From NCBI RefSeq assembly GCF_023055435.1, contig NW_025964301.1, positions 2,852,001 to 2,916,000 of the forward strand: a stretch of DNA of 64,000 nucleotides. The letters are read 5' to 3'. Below, one piece after another: positions 49,740 through 61,415 of this stretch. The first letter of the stretch is position 1. The number at the start of each line of letters is the position of its first letter. The position numbers and the translations under genes were made by a program. Source of the stretch: Haliotis rufescens (lineage: Eukaryota). The notes below the pieces were generated by a model. It ran no database searches. It was not told where the DNA came from and saw nothing but the letters and a program-made list of their open reading frames with translations.

Positions 49740-50240
49740 GAGGATCCAAAAGGCACAGACGAATGATTTGCAACACTTGTTTTCCGTGAAATTTCACTGC
49801 TTCAACCACTCCCAGCAATAGAATGAGGATATGCTGGATATGCTGTGTTACTGTCTCATGGGTGAAGCAGCTGACTTCTTCCCCTTGTTTCTAGAGAAGG
49901 ATGAGTACATCGGCTTCAATGAAAATATCAAGAAACGCAAAAGGCGGTTTGGAAGATGATTTACTGCAGTTTTTCATCAGGCCTCGGATGAATCACTGGA
50001 AGAATGGTTGGAGCGGGTACAGCAAGGAGAAAATGCAGCCTTTACGGATTTGCCAGGAGACTTTATGGAGCAACGGGTTGGTGCGGAGATTCTGCCAAGG
50101 AAGTGCTAATTAAGAAGGTTCCCGCTTTGTCTCCAACGTAGGTCTGAGGACACTTGGACACGCTATTGATTCACAAGCAGTCTATGGCAGATCAACCATC
50201 CAAAGGGACGTGAAGCAGTTGCAGAAAGACTCTCCAAGAG
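49740..50240 (+). mobile_element. Degenerate Ty3/Gypsy gag-like remnant in the TRIM intron (also about 63400-63820, partial at 17885-18070 and 1-115)
   Basis: Frameshifted pieces LCYCLMGEAADFF..KRRFG, Q..DESLEEWLERVQ, AAFTDLP, VRRFCQG and AID..AVYG follow the invertebrate Gypsy gag pattern. Confidence 0.6.
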
Positions 50241-50378
50241 ACAGATAACCAATTAACATACAATGTTATCAAACAGATCTGGCTGGTCAACAGAAGAGAA
50301 GAAAATTCAATGGACTGTATTTTGTATTAAGGTTCTTTAGGGCTTCAGACTATTGAACTGTTGAAAAAAACTAACAAT

Positions 50379-50983
50379 TGTAGTAAAAGATTGTGCGTTG
50401 TGGACATTGATTAGTTGTCATGAATGTAGTACTATTTAATGTAAGCAGTAGTGAGAAAGTTATTATATTTAGATGCTAGTGTGATGTGTAAACTACCGGA
50501 ATACCGTGGATTGTGATAAAGTGTAATAGAAACATGTAGAATATTCTATGTTGTGATGACACTGTGAGGAAATTTCCAGTAGCTAGTCAGACAGGATATA
50601 AGGGGAAGAGCGTGCCTCTAGTATCTCTCATACATCAAGTCTAGCTTTCGTGTGAAGATCACTCATCACCCAGGATTACCTGCCTAGGCCGTCCCAGAAG
50701 CTTGACCATTGTCACCATTGGGTGAAGATAGTATTATCACTGACTTTTGCTATCACCACTGTAGTTTTGTATTTGATACTTACCACTGTCATCATTTTAC
50801 ATACTGTCATTGAATATTGTACGACCACCATATTGTGTACTGTCATTGTAATTACTATGAAGTAATTTGTATTGATTTGTAAACCTAGTCAATGTTGTAA
50901 TACATTTGTTGATTGTATACCATTTGTTGGTTGTCTGTTGTTTTGACACTGAGTTCTTTTAAATACATATTTCTTGGTTAACA
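50379..50983 (+). mobile_element. Probable solo LTR (about 605 bp); a second copy starts at about 63972
   Basis: TG...CA ends (TGTAGTA..GTTAACA), internal TATA-like GATATAAGGGG, imperfect 4-bp TSD CAAT/CACT. Absent from copies 1 and 2. Confidence 0.5.
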
Positions 50984-51589
50984 CACTGTTTCAATTTGGA
51001 AATCGACACGTAAAAATAGTGATTAATAAACACATGGTTGTGATATTGTCGGAATCACATAACAGATCTGCTTTTAGCAGAGGTTTCTTATGATCATGGA
51101 AATGGTGTTGTCGCTTTTATTTACAACTTCAGTGTACCATGACTTTTTGAAGACACCAATCAATGTTGTAAAATTGTGACAGGTTTTAGAAAGAAACATC
51201 TTTATACAAACTCATTTGACATTACAGTAACTATTCAAGTAACTTAAATTAGTGAGGAGAGAACTTCATTGCAGTGAACAGTTGTACTGCACTTCGTGAT
51301 GCTCTCCACATCAATAAAGAAACCTGAGGGTGAACTCACATGCGAGCGATCCTTTTACTCCCAACGGCTGCCTGGTCATATATGCAGCTTAGGACACAAA
51401 TGTGTTAGGGTGACATCAGTATCAATAGACATGACGTGCCATTATTACCATGTGGTTCACAGTTATATTGGGATAGTTTATAACCGTCAGACGTCTGCAC
51501 AGTTATGAAACAAAATGCACAAACATATCAAAATAAAGGAAGTGTCTTTAAGAAAATACTTGAATTTAATTAAAGTACAGAATGATTAC

Positions 51590-52742
51590 CTTGTGGCACT
51601 TGGTCGTGTTCAAAAGTAATTGCATCGTTCAGGTCATCATCTCTACTTGGTGAAAAGAAAACTGATTTGACGAGGCCAGCCATCTTCAACAAGGGGGTAA
51701 TTTTACTGAAGCAAGTTGAAGCAAAGCTGACACCAGCTCTTCCAAGTGACGGCTTTGGTGACATCTCCAACATGGCGCTCAAGGTGGCAGCTGAAGACCC
51801 CATCATTTGTAGATCCTCTATCTTGTCAGCTTTACTCCGCATCTGTCGTGTGTACTCAGTAGATGACGTCACTTTTGCTAGAATATTACTGGTGGAATCC
51901 AGTTCCTCCTGTGTCAGCTTCAGAATCGTGCTGGATCTCTCTTCAACATCTGTTAACAGAATGCCTCTCCTCTGCTGTATGTCATTAATCAATTCGTCAA
52001 AGGCTTTGTTGATGTCAACCACGGCAGCCTGTTTTGACACCTGTATGTTTGAATGTCTTTCCTTGAGACCTTGTTTTATTTCCTCAAGTCTCTCTGCCTT
52101 CTCCCTCAGCTTGACTAAGGTATCGTCAATGGACTTTGCCTTTTCTTCGTGTGCTTCATCCACGGACACGACGTTGTGCCCCTTCCCTTCTTTGTGTTCT
52201 ACTACAGTGCAGGACACACAGAAGATCTTTTCACAAGTGTAGCAGTAGAACTGTAGGGGTTGGTGATGTTGTGTACACTTATGGAGACGATTGAAACTTT
52301 TACCTGGTTGTTCTTTCATTTCCTTAAAACTGACAGTTTGGTGATCTCGCATCGACTGAACTCTTTTGTGGGCATTTAGACACTCTTGGCACAGGAAGAC
52401 GCCACAGTCATCACATCTGGACATGGCAGGGTTACCATCAGGACAATCTGTACATGGCAGATGGAGACCTTTCACAATCTTCAGATGATCCAGGATTCTT
52501 AGGATGATAGGCTCTTTGGGCAGAGACTTCACACCACCCGGCAGGTTATGTTGGTGTCGACACATGGGACATGATAACGTTGGGAGTCCTTCGCTGTACG
52601 TCTCTAGACAAGCTTGACATATTGACTGTACACAGCAGGGCATACGACGAGGTATCCGTCTGGCCTCATCAAAGTGTTCTGTACATATTGGGCACTCGGT
52701 GAGGAGGTCCTTGATGGCGGACGCAGATACATAGTCCGACAT
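51590..52742 (-). CDS. TRIM gene copy 3, coding exon 1 (RBCC, 384 aa + 1 nt)
   Basis: ORF 51570..52742, about 95% aa identical to copy 2 over the first 365 aa. Phase-1 donor CAAG|GTAATC with GT at 51589-51588. Confidence 0.9.
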
Positions 52743-55700
52743 GGTTATTTTGAAATAAATTTAAAACATTTTCGGATTTCTTGTGTAATCGTCATTTGTG
52801 TCTCGACACAATTGTTACAAAGTCGTATGGGACACATCCATACTTGCTTGGGGGTACATCACTCAAAACTGCAAGTAGCATTAAATTATAAACTCGTTGT
52901 TTTATTGATTTCAAATGTATTGCTTGTTACCACGACTCTCCCAATGTATAATAGAATATAATATGCTATTGATTTAGGATTTTCTTTCACATTATAAAAT
53001 ATAAGATAGCTACGTGATAAATCGCAAAGAACAATTGGAACGAAGCGTGGTTTATTTCACGATAAAACATTGGTCTATCATGACGTCATTTCTAGGGATT
53101 CAAACATGCGCTCGCATCCTGATGAGCTCCTAAATTCGACGACGTTATTAATTAGAGGGAAGTGTCTTGTGAGTTGTTCCCAATAGATGTAGCAGATAAC
53201 GCAATGGCCGAACGATCGCTTCAAAACGTGGGAGAGATATGACAATCGGTATTTGGAGAAAAGGTACAGACAAAAGACGTGAAAATTGTGAAAATATCCC
53301 CTGTTAATAAAACAGACTTGTCCGGCATTGCCGATTTCGGAGTGTATTCAGGGAGTCATCATTATTTACATAAGGGTAAACCAATTGAGTGCATGTACAT
53401 TGTATTAAGATCCTCAAAGAGACTGTGCAAAATGTTGATATCTCATGTGAGAAATAAACGACTCGTGGTCGTTGTTTATCGCAGAGTAAAACACTGTGTC
53501 CCTAGTGGTTTATTACACACAAACTTAATGTCAGGTATGCAAATTCTACAGGTAAGAATGCATTACTATGAGGTGCACACATTTAGATTGAAATATTCAA
53601 CTGATTAAAGTACCTACGTTCTGACATCTGCAATAGTCATAGTCATTCCAAATCCTGACGGGGCTATACTCATTATTAAACCACTCTACTTGTAAATAAT
53701 ATTAATATAAGTCATTCCAAGTTAGGATGGAGCCCTATTCATGATCAAATTACATGGTGAGTGTACTATTCTAAGTTTGTCCACATGGAGTTTTATAGTT
53801 CACATTCTTCCTACGTTCTGTGTAGCATCCAGAGAAAATGTAATTCTGAGCGTCTAAATGAATACTTCACACTAAGGTAAAAACATCCCTGAGAAGCACT
53901 ACACCCAGAAGACCTAAACAATTATATACAATTATACAACCTTGCGGTTACCGATTCACTACACCCATTACTCCCTCAGTCAGCCTTACACCCGTAGATA
54001 CCGGAGAGATAGAATCCCATCCAGGTCAGCTTGCCCAACCCGAGAGCTAAGAAAGGCTCTTGCTTGAAACACAGTGAGCCTGTTTGCCTGCACCGGGACT
54101 CCATGCAACCGAGGAGAATTCCTTCACAACACTGTCAGTCAATAGTACTAACCTAGATGCACGCATTGCGGAAAACAATCTGTTGTAACGGCATAGACAT
54201 AGACATATGCATGAATTGAAAGAAGGTCACTCTGCACAGGCTACAATATCAGACATTTTCAAGGATCAGTGTATAACACTTACCACTCCTATTGGATATA
54301 ATTTCAAAAAAGATCAACAAAAAAGATGAGATATTGCATTCAGTAGTAAATGTTTGTGTTTGAGTGCATGGTCGTAGCTTTAAATTGTAATTGAGTTTGA
54401 AAGGACTGTTAAAGAATGGATTCAATGTGAATTTTCTGATTATAGAAATCACTTCCCTTCCAACGGACATGCAGTTCTCAGTAACTAGCCCTATCTGTGT
54501 CTTAGGCATATCAATATCAAAATCGCAATAATATGTCCCTGACATGAATGAGGAAGTAGTCGTTATTGTCACGGGGTGGGTATTTTCGTGTTGATACAAT
54601 ATGCGTATGATATTTGAAGCATCTTAAAATAATTAGAATTCATATTGTAATAACGATCATTTACACGTGTCTATGCACAGTCGAATCCCGTTGTGTCGAG
54701 CTCGGATGTGTTGAATGCCCGGTTGTGTCGAACCCACAGTCCTGGCCCGGCGAACTCGTGATATATTTATCACTATTTTAATCAGAATGTGTCGTATTTT
54801 CCGTGGTCCTGAAATAAATGTGTAGTCCCAACATGCCTATGTGGCCCGTTTGCTTTCTGATGGCAAGTTAAGGGCTCAGGACAAGGAAGTAGTTATTCCC
54901 TTGTCGTTATAGTCATGAGGCAGGTAGCAGGCCTGTGACGTGTCTATTTTCGTTTTTATACAGATGTAGATCACATTTGAATTCATGTTGTAGTAAATAT
55001 AATTTTCACAGTTCTTTTATTAAGTATCGTATAAATGTACACTAAAACCAGTTTTTTCCGTTTTACCTCCGTTTGTTTAATTGTTGTTTGGAAGAAGTTG
55101 TTGTAAGGAATAGAGTAACAATTTATTGTACAAAGGCACCTGTGGGACAGACTACAATTTGTATCAACAATAAAATGGCAATACATATGATATAAACTAG
55201 CATGCACACAGATTTTCGTTCAAACGTATGTCCAAAATGAATTGATAGCTGGCCGTGGTGAAGAAAATGAATACTTTGTTTTGTGAAAATTAAATACAAC
55301 AACATCACACATTTTGTATCAAAAGTGAAAAAGAATAGATTAGTTGATGGCGCTCAGTAAACAAATACTTGTGGCCACAGTCAGGAAAATGATATATTCT
55401 TCTAAAAACAACCCCTCCCACAAAAACAGAGCAAAAAGCACCCATAGGAAGGTCACTCACAACAGAGTCGGATCGAGGATAGCGAAACGGAAAAGGAACA
55501 AAAACACAAGGCTTACAAGGCTTACTGCATGGCTAACTGCGTGACCCACATACTTATACTGATCAATATAAACTTCAACCAAGCTTTGCTTTAATTACAA
55601 TCTGTAGCACTACAGTCGTCACACTTCTGTCTTTAGACATGTTGACGTATGGTGGACTATTCAATTAGCTCGTCATATCATGTCAATATGCTCTAATATC

Positions 55701-56385
55701 CACATACTCACCTCAAATATCCTGCTGTATGGTTGGACTTCCTGGATCAACAATACTGTTGTGTAGCCCGCGAGGCCACCTGTGTATACATATTGTTTGA
55801 CAACCATATATCTTAACTGTAGTGTACCTGTACAGTGTTATTACCTGATGTACATACATGTCGGTGTACCGGACATTGGATGAGGTCAGTGAAATTACTT
55901 ACCTGTTGATGTTTGGCAAAAGTCAGTTTTCACACCTAGCCCAGGAACTGTGCTTCCAAAGAAACCTGTTGACGCTATTATAGGCATGCGCAGTATCTAT
56001 TTTCGATTTGAACTGACCTACACTACTATTGTATCCTTGAAGGGACAAGCAAGACCCAACTAACTCACTCAGACAATCGACGAGGTTTAACCCACAGTCG
56101 TAGCTACCTTAGGGGGTATGTATGCTCATTTGTAACTGTGAATGGGTTCAATACCTTGGTGCAAAGACCGTTCACTGTTTCTTGATCAGGTTTTTCACTG
56201 ATATCAATCTACACATGTCTTAAGCTATATAGCAATTAAATGTTTAATGTTAGCATATAGGTCTAGTTGATTGCATTTGTTAATAGGCGTTTGTTGTATT
56301 TCAACCCTTCGGGAAAAAAGACATTGGGTATTGCAAAGCGACAAATCAAGTTGAAGAACGTCTCTGTCTGTTTTCTTCCTCAAAG

Positions 56386-56422
56386 AAGATAAGCCAGCAG
56401 ACTTATCTCCCTTTTCGACTGA
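56386..56422 (+). pseudogene. Third, internally deleted copy of the RPLP2-like terminal exon
   Basis: AAGATAAGCCAGCAG joined to ACTTATCTCCCTTTTCGACTGA, with flanks homologous to 9150-9530. Confidence 0.6.
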
Positions 56423-59400
56423 ACATCACGTGACTTTGTTCCCGAGGGTGGCACCACGATCTTCTACGGTTCAGAACAGAACAACATGGGGCAATGAGCA
56501 GCTTCACCGTGTGCAGCATACATTGTCCGATGTGTGATGTACAGGATTAGGAATATTGAAACTGAATGTGCAAAACCAAAGACAATTTGAATCACGGCGG
56601 TGTCATTGTCGGATCTCTTCGCATCTGTTGAACAGTTTGATAGAATGTATTTATTCCATTCAGTGAATCAGTTTTTAGACTGTTTTGTTGAATCCGTCCT
56701 CATGATACATTACTTGTTTGTAAAAAGTACGGTTGTTTGAGGGTGCCAACCCCCTCCTCCCATGAATCCCCAATGCCATCTATTTTTTCACTCTGAGTCT
56801 CAATTTCTTACCCCGAATCCTAAATACTCATAAAACAAATCTTAAAAACATTGAGAAAAGTCCGATTTCATGTAAACCTACTCGAAAAATACCCCCCTCA
56901 ATTTTATTTATATATACGTGTATGTAAAGGAAATGTTTGCGTCGTCCATTATTGATTTAAAAATGTTGAATCTGCGTACCAAATACGTAACACATCCCGC
57001 GTACTACACTGCCGAGTCCCGAATATCTTCTAAATAGACCCCTGAATCCTGCTAACAGAAGGGGGATGGCAGCCTATTGTATTGTAATACATTATGCGAA
57101 ATGTCAGTCAATAGTATGGTATAAGATGTGTTAAATCTCTCTGTGGTATGATATGATAGGTGATACTCATCGTGCAATACATGATATATTACCCTCAATA
57201 TTGTGGAATAACACGATAAACGCTGCTCAAAGTAAGGTATATGGATAGACGACACGTAATGGGTTATAAAACATGACACACTCTTCTCAAAGTAAGGTAT
57301 CGCAAGATACGCGACGCTGAATTTGTGGTTTAAAATGATTGCACTCCATGGTGTGGTATAACATGACGCACTCTACTCAAAGTAAGGTATAGCAAGATGC
57401 ACGGCACGCAATGATGCCCCAAATTTTGATTTATCGTTTCAGAAAGAACTTTTCATTTCCATGACAATATGTTAACATTTCAACAAGCTCAACCTCCCCG
57501 TTTACATGTGCATTATGTCCCTTTGTTACTGTGTGGTACAATGTGTCGTAGGTGAAAGTATTTTTCATTTTTGTAATGCAACATTTCCAGAGCCCAAGTT
57601 TGCCTGATTAACACGGAGAGTACAAAACGATAAGTGTCTGTTGTTTTTCACTTATAGGTAGAATGGGTGAGCGTGTGAGTGAGTGAGTGAGTGAGCACTC
57701 GAGTGAGTGAGTGATTGAGCACTCAGCAATATTCCAGCTATATGTCGCGGGTCTGTAAATTATCGAATCTGGACCAGACAATCCAGTGACTGACATCATG
57801 AGCATCGATCAACGCAGTTGGGACACGATGACATGCATCAACCAAGTCACCGAGCCTGACCATCCGATCCCATTAGTCACCTCTTACGTCAAGCATAGTC
57901 GCCTTTCACCCCGGATCTTCACGTGTCGAGTGAGTGCATTACAATATTCTTTAATAGTATTTCAAAACTTATTGTAAGACTACTCACTGACTCAACGACA
58001 ATGCAATCAAGGTTGTGCTATTTACAGTAAGCATTAATATCAAACAACCTATTTCAAACTTTCCACGAGCCGAAATATCACAAAACTAAAAACCAACATT
58101 TTATATTTTATTTCACACAATTGATTAGCATAGATATATTGACTATAATAAAAGATGATAGTATGGATGTACATTGGTTGTTTATTTCATGTACTTTTCT
58201 TTTCAAAATATAAATTCAACTAAGCAAATAGATGCTCATACAATACAATCAACGAAATCCTTTCCTTTTGGCGAAATCTTTTAACAACCAAACTATACTA
58301 GCTAGGTGTTTCATTGACAAAAGCTCAACATAGTTTTGATTTCTTTGAACATTCCATGATATCATCTATCTACATCTGCAGAAGTGAAAAAAACCCACAC
58401 CCAAATAATAAACTTAAGAACAAGTTGATCACTTGTTGAATGTGTATATAAAATGGCACAATAAATATTTAACAGCCTATGGGTTATATTCCGGAATAAA
58501 ATCAAACCTTCAGTTCCACATGAGTCCGATTTGCTACCATGGAAACGCAAAACATTGTGAACTTATAAAAGTACTGCATGGACAATTGCACTTTCAGCAT
58601 TGTACCAGTGTGTATACAAAGCTTCAGTGTTTACTCAGGAACTGCCTTTTAGAACAAATGCCGGTGGTGACAGTGAATTGAAAAATGTCTTATTCAGAAA
58701 AGGTTTAAACGAGGATCCAAAATGCCGATGTGGCAGCCCCTGTGGAAATTCATATACTTTTTTCATTGAATGTCCTTTATTTAAATCAGATAGAAACGAA
58801 TTGATGCACTCACTATTTTTGTTTCGTGAAAGATGCTTGTGATGTAAATATTGACCTGATGCTAGTTGGCAATGCAATTTTACCTTATTATGTGAACAAA
58901 AACATATTTAGGAATGTACATACACATATAAAGTAAACAAAAAGGTTTGAGTTAGCAATGTGATTATACATACGTTTCTCTATAAATAAGCATGCAATCT
59001 ATGGGAGAGGGCGTTCTAAGTTATGATATCTTGTGCCCAATCCTTTTCATGAGAATGTAATATGTTTAAACTTAAACTAAACAAATGCCGGTGAAACCGA
59101 ATCAACGAGGAAAAACCTGGAAGAGAGGCATTTGAAACTATATTTAAAAAAAAAGATGCACAGCAACGCCGGGTCAAAGACCTTCCAAAATAAAAACAAG
59201 CCGACATTTCTTCGAGGATTCAAGCCCTGTGTGCTGTCTTGAAAAGGCAAACAAACACATCAACACCGCGACAAAACATCGTGAAATAAACATAACTGAC
59301 AAAACTTCTATAATCACACTATAAAAATTGATGTCCAATCTATAAATCTACTGTAAACGTTAAAAGAATGCATGTCAACATTAAGAATAATACATATGAT

Positions 59401-60783
59401 GATACTACCACACATGTAGAAATAGCGATAAATGTTGTACGGTTCAAGTTTGTATTGCTTCAATCGTCATTAAAGCGTACGTACAATATCTTCAGAAATT
59501 ATCTCGCAAGAAATATCGCCCTCATTATTGTAGCCATTTTGTTAATAGAAATAGTGGAATATGTAGCGCCTTAAAATATACTTAATACTTTTCATAAAGA
59601 GTCTGAATGTATACAACACATGCCGATTTATACCAAAAGAAAACTTTGAACACATTTGCAGCGTTTGTATTTGTCCAAAATTATCATAGCCAGATACTTG
59701 GGACAGAATAACACCTATATAAATTACGTCGCTACTGAAACGGAAAGCATATCCAAACAACAACAGATCATGTGACACTAACCATGTAAGAATACACAAT
59801 GCCTGCTGTACAGTCTGCTGGCCTCATTCATATAGAATATACATAACGATATCAGTTTCACATGCTGCAAGATGGATACTGTAAAACTAACAACGGAGTT
59901 ACTTCACAAGCAGTCAACACTATGAAAAACCCCATTGGTGGAACCAGAGACCATATAATAGATTCTATTATAAGGTCTCTGGTTGAACATTTGTGAACTC
60001 CCAAAACCTGTGTGTTTGTTGTTTAACGCCGCACTCAGCAATATTCCTGGTATATAATCGAGTGTGGGCCAGGCAGACCAGTGGTTGATATTATGAGCAA
60101 CATTCCACGGCGGCGGGGTACGTTGGTATGCCATCAATTGAGTCACCGAGCCTGACAACCCGACCCATTAAGTCACTTCTTACGACCAGCATAGGTTGCT
60201 AGGGATCAAATCTAACCCCGTATCCAATGAAAGGACAATAAGTGTTTCAACATCAAATAATGAACACACAAATGGGCGCTAACGTACCGCTATTCACTGA
60301 CAACTGAAGCCATGTAAGAAGTTGTGACGTTTCATATTTACTCATTTCCTGGGCCTATAATGGCCACATCAATAATGAAATGATTGATCATCTTATTGGT
60401 GTTCAAGTTTGTGCATGAGCTTACCGGACACAAGACAGTGATTTGCATGAATGTACTACTATCTATACAACCTTGTTTACGTGGTCACCATTATGGCTTA
60501 CAAAGTAGACACAATTTATTGATAACACTTTCTTTAATACTGTAAAGGTATAAATCCTCCTACCGTTGTCAAGCAAGGATCTATACCGAAACGTCGCCTT
60601 TACAGTATCAAAGAAGTTGGTATTCATAAATTGTGTCTACTTTGTCATCCGTCAACTTCTAAGTAATGCCTATCTAACAATTCATTATGGCTTTACTGGC
60701 ATACAATGGTCACATTTCAAGGCGAAGTATTATTTCTCTGTCTGCATCATCTGCTTGGTATCGCCAATCTGCTCGTTTTCCAG

Positions 60784-61415
60784 TTACTCGTGGATCAAGC
60801 GTTTCATTGCGTCATGCATGTTGATTCCTTTCTGTGATGATAATTCACAGGTCAAGTGGGTGTTAGGATAAGGTGCAAAAAGAGTCATTACCCAGAGAGG
60901 TTTATCAAACGGAAAGGTAGTTACAGATGTGACGAGTTTCTGTTGACTAAGGTCCAGGACATGGACTGTATGTGTTTCCTCTTCAAGAACGAATCCCAAA
61001 TCCAGGCTGTAAGTTGCACTACTCTCGTTCAGTGTAAGGTTGTCATCTGTCAGACGTTGTCCGTTGTAGTGCACCTGTAGACATATTCCATTATGAGCTG
61101 GGCATGTTGCAAAGAATACACTCAATCCAGTTGTCTGCTGCTTGTAAGCATCAACAGGGTTGCCAGTCAAAGCTGCTTCGAAGATAAAAGTATTGTTATC
61201 ATATGGTGTAATGACAGAGTATGTGACCTCCATGCCGTACATGATGGTCTGTCCTGGCCTGATGACCAGAGGTGTTGATGTCAGGAGTCTGTTAGATGAA
61301 AGTAGTCGGCATCCTGTCCTTGGTGGAAGATGTTCTTGTTTGCCATTGGTGACAACTGGCCCCGAAACCGTCAGTCCGTCACTTGCAATACTGGAGTCCC
61401 ATTCCAGATCCGCAC
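60784..61415 (-). CDS. TRIM gene copy 4, coding exon 2 (SPRY-like); exon 1 expected right of the window
   Basis: Acceptor at 61417-61416. Open frame ADLEWDSSIASDGLTVSGPVV... into ORF 60784..61242. Intron sequence homologous to copy 3 continues to 64000. Confidence 0.8.

Larger units (their letters stand above)
42200..56145. repeat. Tandem unit holding TRIM copy 3
   Basis: Begins CATAGGTCTAGTTGATT (compare 9148 and 56254). Same order of SINE, LINE, hairpin and exon landmarks. Confidence 0.9.
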
